A stretch of DNA of 63,859 bases, the filler included, from Octopus bimaculoides (lineage: Eukaryota), in assembly GCF_001194135.2 (NCBI RefSeq). It is 6 parts of 5 records of this genome, joined end to end, with 100 filler letters (N's around TTAATTAATTAA, not from the genome) between each part and the next. Parts side by side here need not be neighbours in the genome. Positions count along the whole stretch, not along the records: positions 11,604 to 34,524 come from NC_068988.1; 5 more parts are not named here. One strand, given 5' to 3'. The notes beneath the pieces were generated by a model that had not been told where the DNA came from, ran no database searches, and saw only the letters and a list, made by a program, of their open reading frames with translations. A program made the position numbers and the translations under genes. Shown here in pieces: positions 11,808-25,645 of this stretch (the stretch's first letter is position 1; every line of letters starts with the position of its first letter).

Positions 11808-11912
11808 GTATATATATATATGTATATATATATATACACACATATATATACACAGATATATATGTACATATATACATACATAAATATATATATATATATA
11901 TAATATATGCAT

Positions 11913-11963
<51 letters not shown>

Positions 11964-11966
11964 CAT

Positions 11967-11992
<26 letters not shown>
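11604..11992. repeat. Compound (TA)n/(TG)/(CA) microsatellite
   Basis: Direct reading; source of the spurious YI/CV ORFs. Confidence 0.95.
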
Positions 11993-11997
<5 letters not shown>

Positions 11998-12359
11998 TAG
12001 GTAGATATAATTTTATAGTTATTTTATACAGATACAGGTTAGTATATTTTGCTCAAAAGGAGTAATTGAATCATGACTGTATGTAGTTGGAAGCTTATAT
12101 AATTGTATGAACATTCTTAAGTGTTATTGAGCAAAAAGTTTGATGCTGTGAACTATTTTTGAGAAAAGAGGTTGAAAGTATTCTAGACAATCTACTTAGT
12201 ATAACATATTGATATAGTTACTTGTCATGCAGAATGATATGCATTTATTTTCTGCAGTTAATTCTACTTTGATACTTGTTTTCCTTAGAAATTGAGAAAC
12301 ATTTTCTTGAAAGAAAAAGAAATAAACATTCAAAATGCTTTACACATTGTTATTTGCAG

Positions 12360-12507
12360 GACTGTGCCAATGCAGAACTGGAAAAGGAAACGTTTCTGAG
12401 GAAATGGGAACACGAAGTTGGAAGCCATAAGGCAACAATGTCCCAGTTCAGTGCATGTCAGGCGAGCATATCTTCAAAATCAGAAGTCAATTTAGAGTCA
12501 ATGAAAG
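12360..12507 (+). CDS. ROCK: ROCK coiled-coil exon (first visible exon), DCANAELEKETFLRKWEHEVGSHKATMSQFSACQASISSKSEVNLESMK
   Basis: tatttgcag acceptor and G|gtaaag donor; 148 nt, phase 0 to 1; resembles the ROCK1 segment LEQEVNEHKVTKARL; phase matches the next exon. Confidence 0.85.
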
Positions 12508-13902
12508 GTAAAGCTACCAAAACTTACCATAAAAGCCCATAAAAAAAAAAAAAAAAAACCCCATTTATGTTGCAGTTACCATTAGAGTTTTTCTTTGATT
12601 GACAAATTGACTAGAAGACTGGCGAGGGTTATTTTAATAGTTTCTTTTTTTTAAATTCTTTTTATGATCCCTAGGATTCACAAGACCTGTTGCCTGGTTT
12701 TCATAGTATATAAATGACCGAGATCAAATTTCTCTGAAGAGGATGCCAGTCTGTTGCATGGTAGATGGGGGTGGGGCATGGTGAGGCAAGTCAATTACAT
12801 TAACCAGTTTCTTGTTATTGAATTCAAGGGGATGAAAGGCAAAGTTAACCTCAGCAAGAATTGAACTCAGAATGTAAAGAATTGGAAGATATGCCACCAA
12901 GGTTTTTGTGTGATGTACTGGTGATTCTGCTTGCTTGCCACGTTGGTTGTATATATATATATAAAGTAGCCATCCTCAACATCCACCATGGTCTCAAGTT
13001 GACTCCAGGACCTGGCCCAGATTCCTTTGCTTGGATCTTCCATCACCGTCCTGCAGTTGTTGGATGAACTCTGGCTTGCGGATACAATCAGAATGCCTGC
13101 TGCATCCCTTCCTGTTGGCCACAGCTTCATAATCTATGTTTCAGTTGTCCATGTCACGCCTTATGACCTTTACAGTATTCACTGAACATTGAGCAGCAGT
13201 CATGATGTCAACATTTCGATATAGCTCTTTTCCAATATTCAGATGACATCCAGTCCTCTATGTTAGCTAACTTTTTTTTTGCTCTCCAATGCCATTGACT
13301 GTTCATTGATATGACTGTTCATTCAAGCTGTTCCTGAAAAAAGGAGACATAAAAAAACCCCATCAAATTTAATCAGAATGATGATGATCATCATCATCAT
13401 TTAACGTTCATGTTCCATGCTAGCATGGGTGGGACATATATATATATATATGTGTGTGTGTGTGTTTGTGTGTATCCTTGTCTTGGAATCATGTGATGGG
13501 TATAAAAGGATATCTCCATCATACAAATGACATTGTTCATTTCTAGTCTTTATGAAAAACGTGTCTGACCATGGGGCAAATATTGTCTGGAAACAGGTGA
13601 AGAGTAGCAACAGGAAAGACATCTGGCCATAGAAAAGTCTGCCTCAGCAAATTCCATCTAACCCACCCAAGCATAGAAAAGTGGTCCTTGATGATGATGG
13701 TAGCGCTGCTGCTGCTGCTGCTGCTGCAGTCAGAGGTTATCTATAGTCTCAGATGATGGCAAACATATTTGTGTGTTTGTTTTTTTTCTTTTGGAATGAA
13801 ATTTATTTCTTTCATGTTATAACCATGTTGTTGTATCATTCATTCACTTCTTATTTTGGTCCCTTAATCTTTTTTTTTTTTTTGCTTTTGTTAATATTAT
13901 AG

Positions 13903-14063
13903 AACTTCAGGTGAGAATTGAGCAAGAGCGGAGTGTGCGGCAAACAGCTGAAAGTGAAAAGCTGCAACTTGAGAAAGAGAAGAGTGAACTGTCTTTAGAT
14001 CTGTCCCAGATGAAACAGACAGTGGAGATTATACAGAGAGATTTGAAATCAGAAACAGAAAAG
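13903..14063 (+). CDS. ROCK: ROCK coiled-coil exon, (E)LQVRIEQERSVRQTAESEKLQLEKEKSELSLDLSQMKQTVEIIQRDLKSETEK
   Basis: Poly-T tract ending tattatag; aag|gtatgt donor; 161 nt, phase 1 to 0; resembles ROCK EEREAREKAENR...EKQCSMLDVDLKQ. Confidence 0.9.
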
Positions 14064-14989
14064 GTATGTCCCATCGACCAACCTTTAACCCTTTAATTAT
14101 GTTATGTAGTGTTTGTAAACCAATGGGTCCATGCTGAAATGGTCATCAAGTTCTTCATATTTACACAGTGAAGGAACGTTTTTGGGAATTGCTCTATATT
14201 TTGCTTTAGCCTACCCCCATACTGTGATTGTGTACATGTTGAGAAATTTGCCTTATATTTAGGACACAAAATACAAACACACAGCAATTTCATTTCAAGC
14301 CACTGTGGAAGCCTTCTATGTAGTCACTCAACATACTAGAAATGACAGCCAAATTCCCATCAAAATACATTTTACCATCTTGAAAAAGAAATAAGAATAC
14401 ATTGGGTAAATATAGTGTAACTAGGACTACATCTTAAAAAGGTGGGATGGTTAAGGCTAGAATGTCCTTAGTCATAGGTTTTTTCTCTCTGGGTTGATCA
14501 GAAGTTAAATAACAACAGCAATAACCATTGTCTTGGTTATTGCTGTTGTTATTTATTATCATTTAACGTTTGTGTTCCATGCTGGTATGGGTTGGATGGT
14601 TTGAGAGGATCGGATGTGTCCAAGGACTACATCATGCTCCAGTGTTTGTTTTGACATGGTTTCTATGGCTTGGTGGCTTCCTTAATACCAACCCCTTTAC
14701 ACTGTGGACTGGGTGCTTTCCTTGTGCTGCCTGCACTATTGAGGTCACCATGCAGCTAGCAGAACTACAAATCGGTTTCATGCTAAGGGACAAGGGGATC
14801 AAACTATGAGAAAGAATAGGGGTGGCAGTACAAATTCTTGTTGAGGACCTGCATGGCTATTCACATCTAGTTGGGGAAAGTGAGAGAAAGAGAAAATGAA
14901 AAATAGGAGCTGGAAGAGATAGATAATGGTAGTGAAGTGCCTAGGTAGTCTTACAAGGCACAAGGTATGTTGAAGAGAGTTGATTTACA

Positions 14990-15071
<82 letters not shown>

Positions 15072-15564
15072 GCATGTCTGTGTGGTTCTAAGAAGCTTGC
15101 TTCCCAATCATGTGGTCTTTGGTTAGACCCACCTGCATGGCATCTTTGTGCAAGTGTCTTCTACGATAGACCCAGACTGATTAAAGCCTTGTGAGTAGAT
15201 TTGGTAAACAGAAACAGAAAGAAGCCCCATCATATTAATATATCTATACATGTGTGTGTATGTATGCATGTGTGTGCATGTATGTATGTACGTACGTATG
15301 TGTGTACTTTTGTTTAGACATCACATGATGGTTGTAAATGAGCATAATCATTATACAAGCGAGATTCTTTTCGACTGCTACAGACGAATGATACAGAATC
15401 TGCAGAAATTGTTAGCCAATCTGCATCTTCATATTTATGTAGTCTAGTTTATTACATAAGCCTAGTCTTGCAGTAGAAAATTTAGAATTTGACATTTGTC
15501 AAAGAGAATCCTTATCACTGGCAATCTGATTCTCATTATATTTTCATATTTTTCCCATCATGGG

Positions 15565-15725
15565 CTCAGGCGTGGCTGTATAGTAAGAAGTTTGCTTCCC
15601 AGCAACATGATTCCAGGTTCAGTCCCTCTGCGTGGTACCTTGAACAAGTGTCTTCTACTATAGCCTCAGGCCAACTGAAGTTTTGTGAGTGGATTTGGTA
15701 GACAGAAACTGAAAGAAGTCCGCTG
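15565..15725 (+). mobile_element. tRNA-derived SINE, family C (other copies at about 9530-9692 -, 15065-15230 +, 18090-18275 -, 21690-21845 +, 26085-26190 -, 34085-34230 -, 41330-41470 -, 46140-46320 +)
   Basis: tggctgtgtggtaagaag A-box-like and ggttcagtcc B-box-like motifs, caagtgtcttctactatagc core, ends at microsatellites. Confidence 0.8.
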
Positions 15726-15861
15726 TATATATATATATATATATATATAATCATCATTTCATGTCCGCTTTCCATGCTGGCATNNNNNNNNNNGGCATGG
15801 GTTGTATGGTTTGACAGAGGACTGGCAAGCCAGGAGGCTGCACCAGGCATATATATGTGTG

Positions 15862-15908
<47 letters not shown>

Positions 15909-16719
15909 GCATTTGTTTCCTACCACCATTTGACATTTGGTGTTGGTTTGTTTACATCCGGGTCACCTAGTGGTCTGGCACAAGAGACCGATATAATAAG
16001 TGCTGGGGACAATTCATTTGACTACAAATTCTTCAAAGCAGTGCTCCAGCATGGCCACAGTCTAAATGAATAAGATAGAAAAAATCATAGAATTGTAATT
16101 CTATTGTCTCATGCTTTGTTTTGCACAAAACTTCCATAATTCCTTTATTTCATTAGAAATTTCTTGTGAACATTTTATCCTGTTGTTACAACTTGTTAAC
16201 ATTTACTTTGGAGCTGCCATGTTACAGTTATTTTAAATTTTAGCAAATAAATAAATGAAAAAAAAAGATATAAAATTCCAAACTATTTCTGTTGTGAGCC
16301 AGCTTGGTATTTGAATAATTTTTATCTCTAATAGTCTGTTAATATTTGTTTTGTAACAGAACCGTTCTGTAGATTACAACTCTTTGTATGGATTAAGTAA
16401 TATAATGGTGAGTGAGGGCACATCCTATGTAGTCTTCCCCTTTAGATTATGTAAAAACCCATTCCTCTTCCTCGTATTGCCTAGTCTTTGTTCAGATCCC
16501 ACCATTTTTACATGAAAAAATAAGTACCTTCTGGTTTTAAAAAGGAATGAACTACTGCCATGTTACTTTAAAGTTCTGACAAACAACTCTTCAGCTGTAG
16601 AAGATTAGTCAGTAGAGTTCAGGGCACAATTTGTTATATTAATAGTTGAGAGTAACTTCTCTTATAATGTAGGTTAGAGAGATTTCAAGGTCACATATAA
16701 CCCTTCTTCGCACTAATTA

Positions 16720-17375
16720 TTATTATTGTTGAGTGAGAGAATGGTGCATGCCATCAAAGTGACAATGGAGTGAAATATAGAAAGCCCAGTATACCCATCA
16801 TGACTACCCATTTGATAAGGGTACACTAGCCACATGTATCACAACCATATGTGCGCGACACGATGATCTTATATCAAGATAAACAGCGCATGACCTTGTA
16901 GGTGGGGCCCAATTAGAATTTTCTTCAGGTCGAGTAGCCCATCCCACTCAAAAGGTCCCTGAATAAGGGTCATTTAAGGATGTTGAACAAAACACCCATG
17001 TTTCCAAATGTGAATTATTCAAACTCCAAAGAATTCCTCTCAACACATAGCTATGATGCTCCCCCACTGCTTCTGCTTGTGATCAGAACAATAAACGAAA
17101 CACCTATGTTTCCAGAGATGAATTATTCAAACCTCAAAGAATCCCTCTCAACAAATGGCTGCATCATGATCAGAGATGCACACATCGTCAGCCACTAAGG
17201 GACATGCTCAACTGGTTAAGGTCAAACAACTGACAATCAAATCTGTAGTATTGAGCAGAATATTTGCTGTAGTTCATCTTTTATACCAAGACAAAACAAT
17301 GTACTTGATAGCACTTCCAATCAATTAAGATCAGAAGCTATGAGAGCCACTGCTTGGTACTGCATCAGGGCATTA
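16720..17375. repeat. Interspersed repeat with an internal ~70-bp direct duplication (about 16985-17050 and 17094-17158)
   Basis: aaacacc.atgtttcca...tgaattattcaaac...aaagaat.cctctcaaca occurs twice; family identity uncertain. Confidence 0.45.
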
Positions 17376-18605
17376 TTATTATTATTAAGGTAACCAGCAA
17401 GCTACAGAATCGTTAGCACGCTGAATGAAATGCTTAGCAGTATTTCGTCTGCCACCGTGTTTTGAGTTCAAATTCTACCAAGGTTGACTTTGCCTTTCAT
17501 CCTTTTGGGTTTGATAAAATAAGCACCATTTGAATGCCGGGGTTGATGTAATTGACTTATCCCCACCTCCCCCAAGCTGCTCTTGTGGCAAAAAATTGAA
17601 ATAATCATTATTATCATTATTATAAAATAAATGAGATCACTTTCAATTGCAGTATCTCTCTTTATTATTATTTCCTGAACAGAATTATCTTGTATAAAAT
17701 ATAATTGGAAGATATTGCCAAATAAGGCCAGTGTGGAATAGATGAAATGGAAAATTTTTGGTCTTTAGGGTAATGTTTCTGAAGTTGATTGTTTCAGACT
17801 GTGAACAAATAAAGATTTTTTTTTTCCCTCTAACTTAGCCAGTTCACTCCTATATCATCATTATCATCATCGTCATCATTTAATGTCCATTTTTTCATGC
17901 TTGCATGGGTCAAGCAGAATTTGTTGAGGTCGATAGTCTATGGATGGATGCTTTTCCTGTTATCAAACCTTGTCTGTTTTGAAGCAAGGTAATATTTTTC
18001 CCATGACTGAAAACATTTCTCAGAGAAGACTGGAAATGAAGAAGCTCACTTGTATGATGATGCTCATTTACAACCATTGTATGATGTCTAGACAAGGGTA
18101 AATACACATATGTATATGATGGGTCTTTTTTGTACTTTATCAAATTCATTCACAAGGCTTTGGTCAGACAAGGGCTATAGTAGAACATACTTTCCCAAGG
18201 TGCTACACAGTAAGACTGAACCCAGGATCACATGGTTGGGAAGGAAGCTTCTCAGCTACATGGCTATGACTGTGCCTGCTCAAGGCTTTGATCATCTCAA
18301 GGTTACTTTAGAAAACACTTCCCCAAGGTGCTGCACAGTGGGATTGAACCCAAGTTGACCTCATCTCATGGCTGGGAAGCAAGCTTTTTAACCACACAAC
18401 CTCACCTAAACCTGCTGAACAATAGTGTTATGATTATGTAAGAGATACAATGACTAGGGTTTCAAAGTGCTAGACCTTTGACTATGTGGGCATGACTTCA
18501 ATTTTTTCTGTTGGAACTATTTGTGTTGAGATCCTCAATAAGTATTGCTTAACTCTTGTCTGATTGACAGGTTCCTCTTTTATTTCAAAGTTCATGAGCT
18601 AGTAC

Positions 18606-18606
<1 letters not shown>

Positions 18607-18637
<31 letters not shown>

Positions 18638-19155
18638 GTTTAACGTCCACTTTCCATGCTAGCATGAGTTGGACGATTTGACTGAGGACTGGCAAGCCAG
18701 AAGGCTGCACCAGGCTCCAATCTGATCTGGCAGAATTTCTACAGCTGGATGTCCTTCCTAATGCCAACCAATCCGAGAGTGTAGTGGGTGCTTTTACATG
18801 CCACTGGCATGAGGGCCAGTCACACGGTACTGGCAACGGCCACGCTCAAAATGTTTTTTTTTACGTGCCACCTGCACGGGAGCCAGTCCAGTGGCACTGG
18901 CAATGACCTCACTCGAATGATTTTCTAACGTGCCACCAGCACAAGTGCCAGAAGACAACGCTGGTAACGATCACGCTCAAATGGTGCTATTTATGGGCCA
19001 CTAGCATGGAAGCCAGACAGCTGCTCTGGCAATGAATATGCTCGGACAGTGCTGTTAGTGCTCCACTGGCACAGGTGCCAGTTATTGAATATGATTCAAT
19101 TATAATTTTGATTTCACTTGCCCCAACAGGTCTTCGCAAGCAAAGTTTAGTGTCT
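18607..19155 (-). mobile_element. RTE-type 3'-tail repeat ending in (GAT)n (other copies at 21459-21612, 57078-57408, 15745-15850, 24715-24870)
   Basis: Shared catcatcgtttaacgtccgctttccatgctagcatggg...ctacagctggatgcccttcctaatgccaacc block. Confidence 0.75.
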
Positions 19156-19639
19156 AGTAGTAGTAGTAATATTATGGAAGGCATTCAACTGTAAATACAA
19201 TTGTTTCAGATTTTTATTGTTGCTACCAACTCACCTTTGTAAGAAAAATGGATGTTGAAGGGTGAAGTTGAGAAATGACATGACATCTCCTCTAGCTGCC
19301 ATTAAACATTTGAATACAGATTCACATACCTCCAAGATTAAGTAACTAGAGACAAATATCTATAAAGGTGTATGAAATAAAACAGATGAAATTATCAATG
19401 TAAATCTTCAAACTCATTGTTACATATATCACTCTCCATCCTCCCTTACATTTTCCCACCTTTCTTTATTAGTAAATAATGACATACAGCTTCTTTTTTG
19501 TAGCATCTCTTTGTCTCCGATATTAGAATGGTACTAGTCTAAAAGCTTCTGAAAAACCTAGCTTGAAAGCATTTATTGTTTCAATTGTTATCCCTACATT
19601 GTGTATATATGTGTGTTTGTGTATGTATGTGTATATATA

Positions 19640-20067
19640 TATATATATATATATCATAGTACTGGTATTTTGAATTTTTAGTCGCCTTATTTTAACTTTT
19701 AGACCTTTTGTATTCTATTATATATAAAAAATATATCTTAGGTTTTTTTTATATATATTTTTAACTCGAATTAGATATATTTGTATTTTTATTAGAATAT
19801 ATGCTTTTTAAAATTGTACACTGTATATATATATGTATTATTTTTATATTATATGCTTTTGTTATGTGTTTGTGGACCATGGTGTATTTTTTGTATATGA
19901 TTGTTTGTTTGAGGGGTGTTGTTTTTGTTGAGTCGTTGACCCGAACATAATGTTTTTATTCTGTTACTAATGCCTTTTTATCCTAGTCTCATTTATATTT
20001 GAGCACTCCTTTTGCAGTCCTATATAAACTTTTTTGTTTCTTAATAGGAGACAAATTTTATTACTGT
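19640..20067 (+). mobile_element. Diverged third copy of the PLE distal 3' end
   Basis: Aligns to the reverse complement of 270-450 (ttgagtcgtt.acc...tgtttttattct...tgagcact...gtcct.tataaa...terminal hairpin); ends at (TA)n. Confidence 0.6.
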
Positions 20068-20106
<39 letters not shown>

Positions 20107-20107
20107 C

Positions 20108-20830
20108 TGAGGTCTGATCAATAAGTATCTGGGCTGTTGCCATAATAACAAAGCTAAAGCATGCAAAGTAAAGCCGCTTGGCAGATTGACCTTGAACTCT
20201 GCTGTGCATGTGCACTAAGTTTTAAAATTCTAGCTCATTTCCACTGTTTACAGCAGTGCTTGAAAGGAAGGCGTGTAGCGTGTGATCGTTACATTGACCA
20301 TGACAGTGAAAGTTGAGTAGAGAATCTGCATCAACTTTTGCCAAAAGCTTGGCCATACCTGTTCAGAGGCCTACACTAAGTTTTCAAAAAGTCTGCATTG
20401 TTCTCGACACAATCAAAGAGATCTTGTGCAACCAAAACCCAAGTGTCGTTTTGGTTAGCTGAAAGCAGTTTTGGCACAAACTTGGCAGATACATATGTCA
20501 TATCCAAATCTCCATTGATAATGGACTGGACTGAACCGTAACTAATCTGCACATCCTCTGATAACTCATGGATGGTGATTCAACGATTTCCCCTCACAGC
20601 TGCATGCACATCTGCAATGTGTTTCTCAGTTCTGCTGGTTGTGGGTCGCCGAGAATGTTCATCAATATATCAACATTTTTTCAGCCATCTTGGAAATGTG
20701 TGAACCACTTGTACACTTGTGTGTGACTCATACATTCCTCTCCATATACGTTCTGTAACTTTGCGTTGACCTCTAAGCAGGTATCGCCACAACAGTTTTC
20801 TCTGTCGTGGTAGATGCGACGCCTTAGTTG
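20108..20830. mobile_element. Mariner remnant (TIR gaggtctgatcaataagtat) rearranged as a foldback
   Basis: + strand TIR and N-terminus RICINFCQKLG (20108-20395), then - strand transposase pieces QVYKWF, RPTTSRT, SAKFVPKLL (20400-20830). Confidence 0.7.
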
Positions 20831-20866
20831 CATCTACTGCCTTAGTTGCATCTACTGCGTGTGTGC

Positions 20867-20914
<48 letters not shown>

Positions 20915-21304
20915 NNNNNNNNNNNNNNNNNNNNNNNNNNNNNNNNNNNNNNNNNNNNNNNNNNNNNNNNNNNNNNNNNNNNNNNNNNNNNNNNNNNNNN
21001 NNNNNNNNNNNNNNNNNNNNNNNNNNNNNNNNNNNNNNNNNNNNNNNNNNNNNNNNNNNNNNNNNNNNNNNNNNNNNNNATATATATAGGCACATACATA
21101 TACATATAAAGTTCTTCTACATATTACTATGATGTCTTTCCGAGTAAATGTTTTATTGTTTTAGCTTGTTAAATCTTATATTATATATATGTATATATGT
21201 ATGTATGTATGTATGTATGTACGTATGTTGCATTTGTGACTGATGCTGAAGATTCCAGTATAGTAATGGATGTCACTTTAACATATTATGTTTTGGATTG
21301 ACAG

Positions 21305-21427
21305 GTGAAGAATTTGAATCTTCAAGTGGAACAAGAAATACAGAGACGCAACTTAATGCAAGGTGACTTGAAAACACAGACGCAAGAACTGAACAAAGCC
21401 AAGGCACGAGAAAAGCAGTATGATAAG
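21305..21427 (+). CDS. ROCK: ROCK exon, VKNLNLQVEQEIQRRNLMQGDLKTQTQELNKAKAREKQYDK
   Basis: ttgacag acceptor, aag|gtaaat donor; 123 nt, phase 0 to 0; matches ROCK1 VKNLTLQLEQESNKRLLLQNELKTQ. Confidence 0.93.
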
Positions 21428-22309
21428 GTAAATGAATGCATGTCTCATGAGCATCATATCATCATCATCATCATCATCGTTTAACGTCCGCTTTCCATGC
21501 TAGCATGGGTTGGACGATTTGATTGAGGACTTGCAAACCAGATGGCTGCACCAGGCTCCAGTCTGATCTGGCAGAGTTTCTACAGCTGGATGCCCTTCCT
21601 AATGCCAACCACTCCAAATTATCAGTCATCTGCAAAATGTATGAAAATGGTTAAAAAAAGGGTTTTGCACATGATAGGCACTGATGTGACCATATGGTTC
21701 AGAAGCATGCTCTGCAACTGCAGCAGTTTGAGTTCGATCTCACTGTGCAGTACTTTGGCTCAGTATCTTCTACTATGGCTTTAGGTCAATCAAAATCTTA
21801 TGAGTGAATTTGGTCGATGAAAACTGTGTGGAAGCCCGTGTATGTGCAACAATGAAAGCAGTGGTTTCCACCAAAGTGAGCGGTGCTGTCTCTCTGGGGG
21901 TGGGGGAATATCCGCTGAAGAAAAGTAGGGGCGATAATGAGGTGGCCAAAAAGGGGCAATGAATGTAAGAACAACAAAATAATGGGTTAATTAGGTTAAG
22001 TTTTATATGTGAAATACAATAGTTTTGAATTTGCTGCAGAAAGTGGGCCATGTTTGTGGTGATAAGAGATGAGGAGGACACTTAAGAATGTGACCTAGGT
22101 GCCTAGTGGGTGACAACCCAAAAAAGTTTGGGAACCCCTGTTCTAAAGTCTGTTGTACATTTATCAGTGCTCCATTATTTCTGTTTTGTGGGTAAGGAGT
22201 TAAACCGATGGGAGCAGGAAACTGAACTACCAGAAAAATGATACGGAGATTTATGGGTTTATAGTGTCAAGATTGGAAACACACTTTTTATCCTGTTTAC
22301 CACAAATAC

Positions 22310-22680
22310 CATCATTCCTATCAACACTGTCACCAGTAGTATCATTACCACGACGACGATGACCCCCCCCCCCAACTGCTACCCCACATCCACCAGTAGC
22401 TCCATCGTATCTTCTGTCATTGCCTTCAACCCTACTCCCACCACATCTGACATTAACCATTGTATTACTACTGTTACCACTACTATTTTAATATTACTAT
22501 TTGCATTTAATACCACCACCATTGGTGATGATAGCACCATCATCACCATTATTAACACTACCTCCAATATCACAATCTCCACCACCACCACCACCACCAC
22601 AGCTGTTCTCTTTTTCACTATCCCTTCACATCACCACCACCACATCAACCACTATTACCAATATAACTTATTACTACTAA
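22310..22680. repeat. Degenerate trinucleotide (ACC/ATC/ACT) low-complexity tract
   Basis: Direct reading. Confidence 0.8.
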
Positions 22681-23595
22681 CCATGGGCCAATGAGAGAAA
22701 GGGAACTTCTTTAGTACCAGGGTGAATTATATGTTCATAAAGAACCTGCAAGAATGTATATAACACGAAAAATATATCTAATTCTCCAATTTACAAATTT
22801 ATAGATATGTAATCAATATTTAATTACTGATTTTATCTTAAGTTTTAAACTGTTTTTTCTTTTTTTTTTTTTTAATTTTTTATATGGGTTTTTAGAAAGC
22901 AGTTTCAAATTAGGATGTGGATATTTTGCAATTAAACAAGGACTATCCCATGCCTGCTCAATGTGGTCGCTTGACTCATTAGAAATAGCAACCAAATTTG
23001 CCTCAGGTGGCAGCCTGTAATTTTAAAAATGAACGGAAGCACAACATAGTCTTAGATATACTATCTTATACCATCTTTGCAAGCAAGATGAGATGGTCTC
23101 AACTGGAGACTGATTTGATCATAGGCCTGCTCAATCATGGTTGACTCACGGCTAAACATCAACATCAACATCAACAACAACATTCCTCCCAGTGATACTA
23201 TTACTAACACCAATGCTGTCACAATGAACACCATTTTTTACTATGGTCTCCAACACCCAATAGCACCACTGTTATTTGTACTGTCAGTGTCTGAGCACTA
23301 ACCAGTACTATCATTTTATAATTCAGTTAAAAATGTCAGCACACCCAGTTCTCAATTAAATACTTTGATATTTTGCATGTTATTTATTAATGATCTGGGT
23401 GTGTTTGCAATAATATCAACTTTACAGGCTATCATTCTCACAGTCTTAGAGCATCATCGGAATCTGCAGCAGTTCTGGAGGGAATCCCCCACAGCCTGTC
23501 TGACTGACTGGCACTTAGTCCACCCCATCTTCTTCCCTGTTTCACGGAACTCTTCTTGGGTGTAATAATGTCTCATGATTCTCCTCTGTTTGTAG

Positions 23596-23657
23596 GATCT
23601 CAAAGAACTGCGAGACGAGAAGCAAAAGGCTGAAGAAGAACTGAGAAAATTAAAGGA
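23596..23657 (+). CDS. ROCK: ROCK exon, DLKELRDEKQKAEEELRKLK(E)
   Basis: tctgtttgtag acceptor, ga|gtaagt donor; 62 nt, phase 0 to 2. Confidence 0.88.
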
Positions 23658-24141
23658 GTAAGTTACCGTTTCTGTGCCTTTCATGCCCTGCTTTTTGTCT
23701 TTTTTGTGCATCATCATCATCATCATCATCATCAACAACACACACACATGCACTTATTGGTGGGTTAGCAGATGAATGCTGACACAGCAGGTGATAGTTA
23801 ATTTAATGCATTAATTAACTGTCTCTGTGTCTCTGTCTCTCTCTCTCTCTGTCTCTCTCTCTCTCTGTCTCTGTCTCTCTCTCTCTCTCTCTTTGTCTCA
23901 CAATTATATGTATATGCTCTGATAATCCTTCTTCTTCTATCCCCTCACATTACACATTCTTCCTACTGAAGTTCTCTTTGCAAATTTTTTTGAATCCTTT
24001 TATTCTGTGCATGAAGCCACTACTTTAATTTTCTCCTTGGAATTTATATCAAAGTTGGATGTATTCTCTAGTGTGAGATTTAAACGCAATGATTGCTTGT
24101 GTGAATTGTATTAGTTTGTGCATATCCCTACACCATTCCAG

Positions 24142-24198
<57 letters not shown>

Positions 24199-24341
24199 TC
24201 TCTCTCTCTCTCTCTTGACACACACGCACACACACGTTAAATTTTGTTCTTTCTGAATTATTCTTTTTTAATGTTTGTTTTCTTTACATTGCACACCGAC
24301 ATCCACACCCTCATATGAATGTTTTTATATATGTTTGCGTG

Positions 24342-24378
<37 letters not shown>

Positions 24379-24539
24379 ACACACACACACACACACTTTA
24401 TTACATTGTATAAAAATGTGTCTCTTTACACTAAGCTTCATGATATATGCAATCATAATGTTATGTGTAATTTTTTTGAATTCTTCACATGGTGGTAAAT
24501 ATCCTAAATATTTGTCATATTTTCTGTTTATCTCTGTAG

Positions 24540-24609
24540 AGAATCATCGTTAGCAGAACTTCAGATGCGAGAATTACAAGACCAGTTTGAAGCAGAATCT
24601 TATTTCTCA
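24540..24609 (+). CDS. ROCK: ROCK exon, start of the Shroom-binding region, ESSLAELQMRELQDQFEAESYFS
   Basis: tctctgtag acceptor, tca|gtaagt donor; 70 nt, phase 2 to 0; matches the ROCK hallmark QMRELQDQLEAEQYFS. Confidence 0.95.
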
Positions 24610-25541
24610 GTAAGTATTGCATAATTTTTTCAGGCAGCAGCATTTGCTTATACATTTTACCATGGTTTATATGACTAGCCTTATCAGCATCTGGATTAAA
24701 CATCATCATCGTCATTGTCATTTAACATCTGTTTTTCCATGCTGGCATGGGTGGAATGGTCTGACGGAAGCTGACAGGCCAGAGGTCTGCACTTGGATCT
24801 TATCACCTGTTTTGGCTTGGTTTCTATTGGCTGGATGCCCTTCCTAATGCCAACCACTTTTCTCAGCTTACTAGGTGCATTCTATGTAGCGCCAGCATGG
24901 GTGCTGTTTACATGGTGCTGGCATGGGCACCTTGTATGTGGTGCTGCACGAGTGTTGTTTAAATGGTGCTAGCATGTTTGCTGCTCTCCTATGTGGTGCC
25001 AGCATGGGTACCTCTAATGTTGAACTGGCATAAGTGCCTTTTAAATGGCACCAGCACGGGTGCTCTTTTACATGGCGCCTTTGTACATGGTGTTAGCACA
25101 GATACTTATGTGGTGGTGGTATGGATGCTTTGTATGTGGGATCAGCATGGGTGCTTATTATGTGATGGCAGCACAAGTGCTTTTTATGTGTCACTGAGAT
25201 TTCAGTTTCTAATAACCTATCCTATTCTTTTATTGTGTGTGTTCATGTGTGTGAAACTAAAGCAGGATGTGTTATAATCTTGCTCTATTAAAAGTTAATT
25301 GTATTCACTTAAAACAATAGAAAAAATATAGTAACTGCTAAAGAGTAGAAGTCCAGATAAATAGGTTTGTGTTTACTATTGTCCTGTCATATTTAGTGTG
25401 TATGACCGTTATATACAACTCGAAAGTTCTTTTGCCTGTTAATAATGCATGATGAGCACAAGCACATTCAATTTTACATTACTCCTTCACATATTTTGTT
25501 GTTCAATTCTCACTGGAAGAAACTCTGTGTTTGTATTACAG

Positions 25542-25645
25542 TCTTTATACCGAGCTCAAGTGAAGGAATTAAAAGAAGAAATCAAAGACAACAAGAAGGA
25601 AAACCAAGACTTATCTGTGGACATTTCTACAATGGAACAAGAAAA
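25542..25645 (+). CDS. ROCK: ROCK exon, SLYRAQVKELKEEIKDNKKENQDLSVDISTMEQE(N)
   Basis: tgtattacag acceptor, aa|gtaagt donor; 104 nt, phase 0 to 2; matches TLYKTQVKELKEEIEEK. Confidence 0.95.
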
